This document shows, in pieces, positions 10,948-22,483 of a stretch of DNA of 36,622 nucleotides. The stretch spans positions 135,113,473 through 135,150,094 of the forward strand of contig NC_068983.1 of assembly GCF_001194135.2 (NCBI RefSeq), in the 5' to 3' direction. The notes beneath the pieces are model-generated. The model was not told where the DNA came from and made no database searches. It saw only the letters and a program-made list of their open reading frames with translations. The number at the start of each line of letters is the position of its first letter. Position 1 is the first letter of the stretch. This stretch comes from Octopus bimaculoides (Eukaryota). Position numbers and translations under genes: made by a program.

Positions 10948-11460
10948 ACGAGAGTTTCGGACCCCAGTAATGAACTCATTTGCATACAACCAATCAGAAC
11001 TCATCTTGACCTTGTCAAGTTAACAAACACACTCTACCAAGTAAACTCAAGACGAAGAACGGCGTTGTAAGTCGACCGATCGCCAAGTTATGCCTGATCT
11101 TAGAAGGAGACAAGTAATTAGATAGATTTGCATCTATACCTATTATCGGATTTTGTTAGGACCCCATATGGTAGAGATGTGGATAGGGAAAATATGGGCC
11201 GAGGGTGATGTGATAGCAACCCTCTCCTCTTACTGTTTTACCAAGTAAACGACAACACAAATACCTACGCACAGGCAGCCATGGTTGAAACAAGAAAAAG
11301 GACAATGGGCATTCTTAAAAGTGAAAACAAGCATGGTCATTCCTTACCCAAGCGACCTTATCTTATCGCGCATCACTTATGCGCTCGTTAGTTAGTTTGA
11401 TAGTTGAACTCTGATTGGCTGTATGCAAATGAGTTCATGACTGGGGTCCGGAACTCTCGT
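10948..11460. repeat. 51-bp inverted repeat pair (10948-10998 / 11410-11460)
   Basis: 48/51 identity; each arm carries ATTTGCAT and CCAATC. Confidence 0.9.
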
Positions 11461-12958
11461 GAGTAATTTAGTGCTTACAAATATAAAGGTTTAAAAGAAG
11501 AGAGGGTGAGAGGGAGCAGATTGGGGGAGTAAGATAGAGGGGTTAGTTAAGAAGCAAGATAAAAAGTAGAACATTCACTATAAAAATAAGATATAAAGAA
11601 TAGAATTACAGAAAATAAAGTTGAAACACGTAGTCAATAACTTCGCGGATGCTCAAAGTAGTCGTTCACAAACAATAAAGCAGTTGAGAGTTTCAGAGGC
11701 CAAGACAAAGAAGTGGTGGTGGTGGTGGGGATTAAACATTGAGGTAAAGTGGAAGTAGTAGGAAAGAAGAAAGGTGGATAGAAATTATAATAATTAACAT
11801 AATGAGCAAAGGTGCAATAGAATTTATGTTAGCAGAAGATTACATCAAAGAATCTGCTAAATGGAGATGTTATTTTGGCGATTCTCGGCAACATAACTTA
11901 CAATCGTGAAGGTTAGCATTGTACGAGGTTCTACCACAAACTATGGACCAGGATAAGGCATGTTCTGAAACTTGAGGTTTTGTATATAGGTAGCTAGGGA
12001 AGCAGATTGTTTAGAGGTCCTCTTTGAGAAGAAGCTCAAATGAGATGGATAGCGCTTGAAGTTGATTGTACACCCTACGTAAATTCTAGCCAGGTGGGAA
12101 TGTGGAGCCGTGACCAGACATTTATATGCCACGTTGTGGCACAAACAAGCCTATTTAATGGACAGAGTTGGAAGACTTGACAATTATAAGATTTCTCACT
12201 ACCGGTGGGGTTATGTTCAGTCGGTATCTAATGTTGGTTCATACGTTCGTTTACTCCAAAGGTATGAACAGAAGTGTTAGCGTTTCTACAATGGAATTGA
12301 GAGGGGTTTCGATCATAAGAATGCGGCAAGTCGGGTTTATGATTATAGCCAATAGATAGACCCAGTCGATAACAGTTGTCTTGGATAGCATTTATTCCGA
12401 GGTGAAGGCTATTAAGGTTAAGAAGAACACCACATCGTAGGCCAGAATTAAAATCTTCTACATTAGATGTATTGCTAGATAATGTAGAGGTAGTATGGCG
12501 AGGTGAATTTAAGTGTGGGTTTAAATGATCTCTAGTAGTATAAGAGTCAATGTGAAGGTGTGTCATATTTACATCATCGTGATTACAGGTGTTAATGCTG
12601 TTAATTTCAAGGTCATTGGTGCAACTTCCGCTATTGCTAATGTACGCAGGGTTTCCCGAGTTACGATGTTACTGTCAACTCGGTTAAAGTAGGAGCCATA
12701 TGGATGGCTTACAGGACCCATATTTAGGCGACCAAGCTTATGCCTATTAGAAGAGGCGATTATAGATCCCAAATTTGGGGTTATGGAATATACATTTTAA
12801 TCGAAGATTTATTTAAAATGGAGTAATATTTATGGAAGTGTAGGAAATTAGAGTTAGGATTTTGAAAAAGAGCTTCGGTATAGAGTTGGGAAAATGGAGT
12901 TACAATCTATTAGATTTCCCGCTTTCTATCTCTGGGTGTTTTGGGATTATGCGTGGTT
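11410..12958 (-). mobile_element. Penelope-like retroelement 3' fragment (post-RT linker, GIY-YIG, 3' UTR), decayed
   Basis: Minus-strand peptides RDRKREI**IVTPFS, HKYYSILNKSSIK/YSITPNLGSIIASSN, NCQVFQLCPLN, NVAYKCLV..RIYVGCTINFKRYPSH..SLATYIQNLK and WSIV..SYN..CKLC follow the order of Penelope C-terminal motifs; several stops and frameshifts. Confidence 0.85.
11800..12200 (-). pseudogene. GIY-YIG endonuclease domain of a Penelope-like element
   Basis: ORF 11941-12144 contains VAYKCLV and IYVGCT, the two half-motifs, followed by KRY..H. Confidence 0.85.
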
Positions 12959-12971
12959 TTAGGCAGGTTAA

Positions 12972-13760
12972 CCTGCTTAATGTCCAGAATGCGTAGGTGG
13001 AAGGTATTGGAATGCTGCTTTTGTCTGAATTAGATGCTCCGTGTTTCCCTACCTTAAAGAAGTGTGCCGAAGCCGAAAGCCCTGTCTACTACAGCATTGG
13101 TGTGTGCTGTTGGCTTACTGATCTTCCAGACTCTCATTGTCAGCTTATGTAGTATTGAGATTTCTTTCATAATACGTCTGTTTATCTCAAACTCTAGAAA
13201 GAGGTTGTTTGTGATTATGGAGACGAGGTATGTGAATTCGCGGACTGCCTCTAGATGGTAATGGTAGGAGAGTGCTCAACCTTTTAGCCAGCACTGCTGT
13301 CTTTTCAGACTAATAGTCCAGCCGTTGTGAGACCATCCATAAAGCGTTGAAGTTGTTCTTCTGAGTGTGTTGTCAATGCCGCTTCATCTGCAAACGCCAT
13401 TGACCTGATGAGTACTTCATGTACTTTGGTTTTCACCTTCAGACGAAACAGACTGAGTAGTTTCCTGTTTGATCTTATATGAAGGCAAATACCATCAGTT
13501 TGTGTTTCCGAAAGCTTGCTTTAAAATGACAGCGAAGAAGATGCCACACAAGGCATGGCGGGACGGGCGAGTACACAGTTTTGTTTCACTCCGCTATAAA
13601 TTTTAAAGGATTCCAAAGAAGAGCCATGATATTGAAGGACACTTTTCATATCTGTGTGCTATGACCGAACAATCTTGAATGGGTCCGGAAAGCACCCGTT
13701 CATGGACTGGGGTATATGTGCGTCAGTCAAAATATGCAAATCTACACATGCGATGGCATC
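12972..13760 (-). mobile_element. RTE/BovB-clade LINE reverse transcriptase fragment, decayed
   Basis: Minus peptides SGVKQNCVLA, LCGIFF, RSNRKLLSLFRLKVKTKV, MAFADEAAL (YADD-equivalent, about 13381-13400), VREFTYL, EINRRI, TLL*GRET and NTFHLRIL match the RTE RT and thumb order. Confidence 0.88.
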
Positions 13761-14075
13761 CATACTTGCATACACGTATACGTGCGCACACACTCGCACA
13801 CATGCATGCACACACACGCACGCACACACACACACGTGCATGCATACATAACAAATTGATGCTTGAATTTCGAGGAAAAATACTTGTGCAAGATGCCAGG
13901 CAGTGCGACTGGGAAACAAGCTTCATACTGCACAACCATACCTGCGCCCGTGTATATAAATTCATTGTTTTGTACTTTTAGTTTTCCCCACCTCCTCAAA
14001 TGTATGATATTTAAACTTCATTACTTAAAGTGCAAATAAGTTTCGAACGTTTGAATTTTTAGAAAAATGAAATGA

Positions 14076-14102
14076 TAGTAGTAGTAGTAGTAGTAGTAGT
14101 AG
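14076..14102. repeat. (TAG)n microsatellite
   Basis: Direct reading. Confidence 0.95.
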
Positions 14103-15186
14103 AACTCTTATTATTAATTGGCAAAATATGATCATCCCCAAGTATAACAATATAGAAATTATTACTAAATTATAAGGAATTATAAAATTGTTTTATTCCG
14201 TTATATTTCATATTATTTTGTCTGGTAAGAATGATCACTCGCATCTGATTTGATTTCAACATTTTGTTTCACACTCAAAAATCACGTATTATTCTCAGGA
14301 CATTAGGATAACATAAATAAGTGAGTGACTAAAAAAGGTTAATAATATGCGATTAATGAATAAATCATTATTAACTGCTTCAGAGTGTCACGCAATGATG
14401 TAAATTATCTTGAGCTATTGTTAATGCTAGATTTCATTTAATCGGCAATTCTCGTAGTGAACGAGTGAAAGTAGATAACGAATGACTCTATTGAGATTTG
14501 CACTCTTGAGTATATAGATGCTTGTGCGTTCGCGAGAAGTTCTAAAAGGTGATGAGAACAGAATCCCAACTCGCATACAATATATTCAATCTATTCACAT
14601 TGCGGGATTAATTTTTCATTATTCTGCTCAGAATATTAAACTGCTTATCTTTTCAAAGCAAAACGATTATTTGTAGAAGAGAGGAATTATTAAATATAAT
14701 ATCTCGAATCAAACTTCCAAATATATTTTATTTTATTCTATTTTAATAATTTTTATAGAATTTGAAATATCAAATAGATGAAATTTAAGCGTTTCTATAA
14801 ATCGGAATTGGGGAAGAGATACTGCTAATTCAGCTGCAATTTCAAGTGTAATATTCTGGTTTCAGTTCAGTCGAATCGCTTGGTATTATTTCAACGGTTT
14901 AACACTATTATGGGAGCAAGTATATAACCACCATCAGCACTATCATATGGTTGAAAGATAATTCATTGAAAACAAAAATGTTATTTTAGTGTAGCAAATA
15001 TATTGATCTCTAATTAATACGAAAATCAACAAATTTATAAAAGAGAAAAATATAATTAAGTTAATATGATTAAGTTAATCCCTGCTTTTCTTAAGAATAT
15101 GAGTAGTGAAGTCATTTTGTTTCAATAGAAGATCAAAGTTAGAATGCGAATTCATCACGGCTGAAGAAGTTTATCTTACGTTTTAG

Positions 15187-15219
15187 TTTGAAGGGTCTGC
15201 TGCCCTGGCGTACTGTTCG
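15187..15219 (+). CDS. Candidate 33-nt microexon (phase 2-2 LKGLLPWRTV, or phase 0-0 FEGSAALAYCS)
   Basis: CTTACGTTTTAG acceptor, TCG|GTGAGC donor, length divisible by 3, GC-richer than flanks. Confidence 0.5.
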
Positions 15220-15429
15220 GTGAGCAAATTTGTCCTATTTGACATTGAAATGTCTCGGATTGTTCCAGTTATTGATCAGATTTAAATTCTGAGAAAAAAA
15301 AAAAATAACTCGGCCGGTTGTCCTTACTTTGGCGCGCACAATTCGGATACAACTTAACGAACACACTCATGTCATAGCTTAGTCTAATCCAAGTTCACCG
15401 TATCTTTACCTGAGGTCCAGTGAGTACCT

Positions 15430-16560
15430 GATGTTTGAGGTCTCCCGTCTGTCATTAATGACTATGGATGACGATCCTAGTTGTCCGTCCTACTGGAGCA
15501 GGGTTGTCTGTGGATAAAAAGTCTGATGCGCGAATAGCAACCACTGTCACACAAGCAGCATTTGTAGGTTTTCCTGGTGCTACTTGAGTTGTAAAAACCC
15601 CACTTCGGTCATGAATAACCATGGGATTGCATCTAGAAAATTACCCTCTTAGGCACAAGTCCAGGCGAGGTTGTTTATGGAAGACTAGCAGTCGCCCATG
15701 CATGCCAGCCTCCCCTCTCCCTGCTACTGATGTTATCCAAGGCAAAGGCAAAGGCCGATACAGCTTGGCACTAGTGATGTCGCAACTCATTTCTACAGCT
15801 GAATAAACTGGTGCAACGTGAAAATAAAGTGCCTTCCTCAAGAACACAACACACAGCCCGGTCCGAGAATCGAACTCACAACCTCATGATTGTGAGCCCG
15901 AAGCTATAACCACTGAGCCATGTGCCTTCACATTTGAGTCGTTGCGATGGCTTATAACCGGTAATAACTGTTGCTCTCTGTGTTCGGTCGACGCCGTAGG
16001 TAAGGCCGGAGTGTCTTCTCTTGTATGTTGTCCGGTTCTATCTCTCCAGTGTAGGGTTTCATCAGGATCCAAGCCTGAGCTGTACGGTACGAGGGATAGG
16101 TTGTGGCCCATGCAGTGTGTGACCCGCTATCCACGGCACCGATGGATCCATAGGAACAGCAGGGCTTTACAATTTGGAATCAGTGTCAATGCAGGAGTTC
16201 CCAAAACTATATTGCAGACAACATCGAACTGCCTCAAGGGCTCTGACTCCAGATTTTCCTTCAGGCTTTATTTCTGAAGTGTTTCTCATGGCTTGGAGGT
16301 TTGGAATCAAGGTTTTCCTTCCTTTTGATACGTTCCTCCTACACACAAGTCTTTCAGGCTAACGTGCTCCACCTGTCTGACTCTTTTGCTAATTAGCCCA
16401 AAGCTGGGACTCTGAGAGGTGTTACTACTGCGGATCAGAGTACACCAAAGAATGATAATGACGAAGAAGTGGTTTCACGCCTCAAAATCCTGGAATTCCC
16501 GAACCAGAGCTCTACAACTGGATGCAGTAGGAGAGTACTGTTTGTGATGTGCTGACGTAA
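15430..16560 (-). mobile_element. Internally deleted (bipartite) RTE derivative: 5' UTR-like part joined to the ORF C-terminus
   Basis: 15477-15590 encodes TYKCCLCDSGCYSRIRLFIHRQPCSSRTDN*, the RTE C-terminal CxxC..SRIGLxxH motif; 15943-16560 resembles RTE 5' UTR sequence from recall, not from a search; ends approximate. Confidence 0.6.
15593..15931 (-). mobile_element. tRNA-derived SINE, family C, full length, nested
   Basis: Box A TGGCTCAGTGG, box B GAGTTCGATTC, CORE-like TTCTTGAGGAAGGCACTTT; 11-bp TSD ACTTGAGTTGT (15582-15592) / ATTTGAGTCGT (15932-15942), 9/11. Confidence 0.9.
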
Positions 16561-16649
16561 TAGTTGATAGGCATTGTAGTTTAAAGTCATTTTATTTATT
16601 TCTGGATTCTAAGATTAAAAATGTCTTATTCTTGCGATGCAGAACGTGT

Positions 16650-16821
16650 TACCGCATTTATCTATTCGTGTATAAGTTGCCCTGTTTTATACTTGATTTT
16701 AACTAAAAGAACTAAAGTGCGACTTACACATGGGGGAAAAGCTAAAACTATGAAGGGGAAATATTGTACCAAGATCTAACTCTAAATTAGGGGTGCGACG
16801 TATACACAAGTGAATATTGTA
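16650..16821. mobile_element. Tc1/mariner pogo-type MITE remnant
   Basis: TA at both ends; TIR cores TCGTGTATAAGTTGC versus the reverse complement TTGTGTATACGTCGC (12/15); third internal GTGCGACTTACAC. Confidence 0.5.
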
Positions 16822-17523
16822 ATTAACAAAAGTCTATGGATTTCCTGCCTTATTTCTTATAAATCATGAATAGGTACCATAGCTTGCTGCAACTGTTTAT
16901 AGTTCAGAATTTATTTATAGGAATATAAATATAAAGAAAATTGGGTTAAAAAGATTTTCATACAAACTCCTATATCTATGATACCTTTAATTCAAATGTT
17001 ATCTCGGTATGATACCTTTAATGTGAAAGTTGTCTCTGAGCTTAAGATATTATCGTATGCCTTAGACTGAAGCTAATATATCGTATGTCATTCGATATAT
17101 CAATTATAAATCAATACAACAAATGTAATTTACCGTTACTTTAAAGAAACCTGTATTTTAATTAATGTCATGCCGTTTTTTATAATCATGTTGCTGTTAT
17201 GTTTATGCATTTCTTAAAGAGCATCAGTAAGAGAAGTGAAATGAAATGACTCTAAATAGGAATTGAAACATAATCGCGAATTCGTTTTATATACAAGCAC
17301 TTATCGAATAAACAGTGATTAAAGCTTCCAGTTGTATCTTCAGATGACAGTTACTTACAACTAGGTGTACTTGAAACATTGATAGTTAAGCATTTTTGGT
17401 AATGAATGCACTGCATCGATGGCAGCTGGACACCCTTCAACTTTACCCAGTTGCGAAGTCATCCATAATAATCTAGTTGGAATGCAATCGATTTCTACTG
17501 ATTAAACAACAATAATAATAATT

Positions 17524-17950
17524 AAAAAATGGGGTACAACAAATATTCTGCTGAACACCACAGATTTGCTTGTCAGTTGCTTGACCTTAACCAGCTGATC
17601 GTGTCCTTTAATGGCTGACGGTATGTGGGAGAGCATCATAGCCACGTGTTAAGAGGAATTCTTTGAGGTGTTAATAATTCACCTCTGGAAACATGGGTGT
17701 TTCGTTCATCATCCTTAAACAAACCTTATTCAGGGGCCTTTTGAGTAGGATGGGCTACTCGACCTGAAAAAATTCTAACTGGACAAAGTCATGCGCTGTT
17801 TATCTTGATACGAGATCACCATGTTGCGCACATATGGTTGTGATGTATGTGCCTGGTGTACCTTATCAGACGGGGTAGTCATGATGGGTATATTGGGCTT
17901 CGTATATTTGTACCCCAGTGTCTCTTTGATGGAATCCATAGCTCTCACTC

Positions 17951-18004
<54 letters not shown>
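17524..18004 (+). mobile_element. Dong/R4-like LINE 3' end, copy 1, with (AAT)18 tail
   Basis: Colinear with copy 2; starts after AATAATAATAAT and ends in AAT repeats at 17951-18004; family assignment is inferred from TAA-repeat targeting. Confidence 0.6.
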
Positions 18005-18009
<5 letters not shown>

Positions 18010-18563
18010 GCCCGGATGCAGTACCAGGCAGTGGCTCTCATGGCTTCTGATTTTAATTGAGTGGAAGTGTTATCATGTACATTATTTTGTCTTGGTATAA
18101 AAGATGGGCTACAGCAAATATTCTGCTTAATACCACAGATTTGCTTGTCAGTTGTTTGACCTTAACCAGTTGAGCCTGTCCCTTGGTGGCTGACGATATG
18201 TGCATCTCTGATCAAGAGCAGAAGTAGTGGGGGAGCATCATAGCCATGTGTTGAGAGGAATTCTTTTGGGTTTGAATAATTCACCTTTGGAAGCATGGGT
18301 GTTTTGCTCAACATCCTTAAACAAACCTTATTCAGGGACCTTTTGAGCGGGATGGGCTACTCGACCTGAAGAAAATTCTGACTGGGCCCCACCTGCGAGA
18401 TCATGTGCCGTTTATCTTGATATGACATCACCATGTTACGTACATATGGTTGTGATGCATGTGCCTGGTGTACCCTTATCAGACGAGTAGTCATGATGGG
18501 TATAATGGGCTTCGTATATTTTACCCCAGTGTCTCTTTGATGGCATGCACTGCTCTCTCACTC

Positions 18564-18632
<69 letters not shown>
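18010..18632 (+). mobile_element. Dong/R4-like LINE 3' end, copy 2, with (AAT)23 tail
   Basis: About 100 bp longer at the 5' end and retains two segments deleted in copy 1; AAT repeats at 18564-18632. Confidence 0.6.
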
Positions 18633-18635
<3 letters not shown>

Positions 18636-20194
18636 GCTCTAAAATGGCATGAACGCCAGATGATTTCCTTGTGTGCATAAAACTTCTGATCTAGTGCCAA
18701 TGTAAGAAATTTAATTTTTCAATAAGTACTTTATGAAATCATTTTCCTGATGATGGTGAAAGTGGGAATGGTAGCGTCCACACATTTCTTAACACCTTCA
18801 GCATAACAAGTTAAATGTAAAGAGTGATTATTAAATTATAGAAGTGCGTGTGTGCGTACACGCGCTAAAAACGTGAGCGAAAATGGAAACTGAAGAAGCA
18901 TAATAGCAATCAGTAAATTCGACTTTTCTGGGAAGTAGTTGAATAATTGAAATCGAGGTCAGATTCTCTCTAGATTCTGTTGGAGAAACATTGTGAAGGT
19001 TACCTCCAAATAAATTGATCAGCAACGAAACGAACAGCTTATAGAGGATGCTAGTGATTCTTAAGTAGTCGTCTGCCAAAATATAACTGAAGTAGTGGAA
19101 GTGAAATATCGATTATTCCTATTTTATCACCTGCAATCTATACACTCGTGATATATTAGTTAATGTAGAAATTAGCAGGACGAAGTATAGCGAAATGAAA
19201 TTGTTTGTACAGTTCGATTATGTCTAAACGAAGTCCAAAAATAGATACTGGAGCAAATGTACGAGCTAAAAATACGCCCAAATAATTTGTATTCACATGG
19301 GCGATTCATTGGTTGGCCAGTTCGATGAATGTTTGAAAACGTAGTTCATTTTTTTTCCGTGTAAGCTGGCTGTTATTAAATCAATAACTTCATTTCAAAA
19401 GAATGTGTCGGTAAACTACAGTGGCTGTATTTTATCTACTGTTGCTGTAATTTTGCATTTCTTAAATAGAAATGCACTTTTATCATTTGTATATTTATTT
19501 TATGCATTTTTTTATCTGACTTTTTACTATAAAAAGATACTGCGGAGAATGGTTATAAATACATTTATATAAAAGAAGTGTTTAAGAAGGGTTGTTAATA
19601 CGATTATAATTTTCCAGGTTGTAAACATAATCTTTAGGCTGAATATTTACAATATTTACATAGTATTCCTAGAAGATATCCTAGAAGAGGACATCTGATA
19701 GCAATTTGAGACCAAATCGATTGAAAATTGATGTTAATATGCACACTAAAGATGAAGCTAATACGTTTGAAAATTAAAATTGTGTTAAAAAAAGGAAGTG
19801 ATATTTTGAGATGAATTATTTTCTAATTTTGCTATAATCACAAATGTAATAGTCTCAGTTTATTTAGAGATAGTCTCATGTCCTGTCTCCTTAAAATCTA
19901 GACCTTGTCTGAGTTGTTCTTATGGAATCACTTACACACAATCATTTTCCAATGTTAAAAGAATTCAGTTTTGTTGTACTATGACTGTATAATGTGTGGG
20001 GGAAGGGGTGTATGGACATGTTCCTGTCATATAAACTTATGATCGAGTAAACCTAGGTAAGACAATCAAACAATTAGGTTCACTCTACATATTCATGGAT
20101 AAGTATATACAACACCTTTGTCTAATTGAGAAACCACATAACACATTTTAATATGCAGTGCTCAAGTGTATGTGGAACAATGTGACCGGCTCAG

Positions 20195-20317
20195 CAGTGA
20201 CGTAACTAATAAGGGAGTAAAAGGGAATGACCGCTCCCTACAAACACATTTTTCAAAATTGGCGCCTTTTTCAACAATTCTTTTAACTCTATAGTCTGCT
20301 TCTGTGATAAAAGTTGA

Positions 20318-20410
<93 letters not shown>

Positions 20411-20821
20411 TTAATCGTATTGCTTTGGAAGAACTGGAGTCATTGCTTTATTTGACCAACCTCCGTGTTTCTGAACTGCTTACTCAATCTCCTCTGATGT
20501 ATTGGTGATTATGTATTGGTACCCGCTGACATCTAAAAAACTAAAACAAACTCTGACGTCATAACCTCTCGACACTGGACAATCACGTGGAATTTCATCT
20601 TGTTAATGTCACACCTATATCAATAGCTGTAAGTCTCATACATAATGACATTGTTAATGAAACATGAAATTAATGAATGTAGAATACAATTATGTATATT
20701 ATAATAAATGAAATATTTCGCTTAATATAAGGGAAATGAGTTTAAAATTGTTTGGTATGTGTTACGGCGCCTTTCTTAATGTGCTCGCTCTCTCTGGCTT
20801 TAGAACCTGGTTACGCCTCGG
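20195..20821. mobile_element. Non-autonomous hAT element, copy 2, with internal (CT)n at 20320-20406
   Basis: TIR CAGTGACGTAAC / GTTACGCCTCGG; 8-bp TSD CGGCTCAG / AGGCTGAG (6/8); colinear with 3132-3572. Confidence 0.8.
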
Positions 20822-21094
20822 AGGCTGAGCATCTCTCTTCACTATCCACTCTATTTTAATATGTTTTCTGTGGTCGTCATCGTCGTCGTTATGTAACTTT
20901 ATGTTAGCTCTGATTGAACAGACCTATGACTTGGCACCGATAGAAAATTTGCAAAACAGTGACTACCTTTAGACGTCGCAGAGGAGTGCTTTCAAAATTC
21001 AGGATTTAAGGTACAAATAGACCTTAAATTCTTATGTCTTTTCAATAAAGATAAAACTATAATGCTACATTTTAAAGTTGTTCTTTTTTTATAG

Positions 21095-21162
21095 AGAGAG
21101 AAATATAAAATATGAACAAAATTGTCAGCTTCTGGAGGATGATTATGAAAGCCTAATTGAAG
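21095..21162 (+). CDS. Candidate exon (phase 2-1: ERNIKYEQNCQLLEDDYESLIE)
   Basis: TTCTTTTTTTATAG acceptor, GAAG|GTGATG donor, single open frame, phase-compatible with the microexon. Confidence 0.4.
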
Positions 21163-22449
21163 GTGATGGCTAATCTCAAGCTAATTGAATACGGTCATTG
21201 GTAAACTTTTGTAAATACTTTATTCCCTGTGTACCAGAATGACCAGATAACAATATACTTTATACAAAGCAATAATAATCCTAATCAGCTGATGAAATTA
21301 GCTCTACTGGCTTTTTTCTTATCTGCCAAATATCTAATAACACTCTCAAAATCAATTTTTCACGTAATACTCCATTCACTACTCAAATTTGCTAAATCAA
21401 CTCGTCATGTAGAGATATGGTAAACCTTAAAAGCAGGTTTGATATTTTTCAGTTTGCTAAAAGATCGTTCAGTTGATGCTAGAGTTACGGGAATTAAGAC
21501 AATCTGGGTTTTCTATAGATAGTTTTATGTAAATCTTGTAAATGTTACATTTGTGCTGAAAAATCTTTATCGTTAAGATTTATTGAATAATGGTTTGCTA
21601 ACTCTCCTGCTCTTTTCAATTCTCAGTTGAAACCATTTTCATTTGACTTGCACCATAAACATCTTTGGGAAAAACATGACCCTCACAACATTCATAAACT
21701 GCGCCTCTGAAACTCTTATGCCATGAGTCAAGTCGAAGAAAGCAACAGGAAATCAGAATGTACACCTGCATTCAATATGCCGCGATTATATGATACACAT
21801 GCCTAGAAGTTTATATACAAAATTCTTGGCATTTGATTCTTTTTTGTTATTGTTGTCTTATGTCTATCTGTTTCTGGGTTTAGATGTAAAGTATACTTCT
21901 ATATATAAACTTTGATATATATAGTTGAAATGTGTTTTACAAGAAGCGAGAATTTTCTCAGGTGCCTTCAGTTGTTTGTTAGCTAGCATTACATTTGATG
22001 ATTTAATTCTTCTGCGGCAGAATTTGCGTTCAGAAGTTCATTTCTTAACGCAAAGATCCGGCTGTCGAATTTCGAAGACCAATATTTATAGCTAATAATG
22101 ACACATGGCCGGGTGAAAGATCTTGAGAAGGGTTCTATACATTAAATATTCATTCAATAGGGTTTCACATATACGATATAGGAAGTTGAAAAACTTTAAT
22201 TAGTTAAGATTGCTCATGCAATCGGGAGACAAAATCTTCTGCGGGTTTGTTTAAAATCTAAAAGGAAAAACAATTCTAAGGAAAATGACTGCATTAAAAA
22301 TTAATCAAATGAAATTTTTGGAAAACAAGGGCAACGTAGTTGGAAATGGATCTTGTTTTTAAAACCAACTAGAGAAAGCAATAGATATGTTTCGGTCCTA
22401 TCAAACCTTCGAAGTATATTCTACACTCAGTTGGCAAGACTAAGAAGTG

Positions 22450-22483
<34 letters not shown>

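Noticed and set aside
11041-11090. Possible eroded hammerhead (AAGACGAAG...GTCGACCGATCG) near the Penelope inverted repeat
   Set aside because: It needs several substitutions and deletions in invariant core bases, so it is not supportable without a consensus
13405-13449. CTGATGAG...GAAAC hammerhead look-alike
   Set aside because: Only 2 bp of stem II, no NUH with stem I, and it is the antisense of RTE coding sequence
16480-16560. HDV-like ribozyme expected at an RTE 5' end
   Set aside because: I could not fold P1/P3/L3 by eye; it needs a descriptor search
18748-18770. CTGATGA-TGGT-GAAA, plus similar short hits near 5620 (minus), 31183 and 35530 (minus)
   Set aside because: No pairable stem II or valid cleavage triplet
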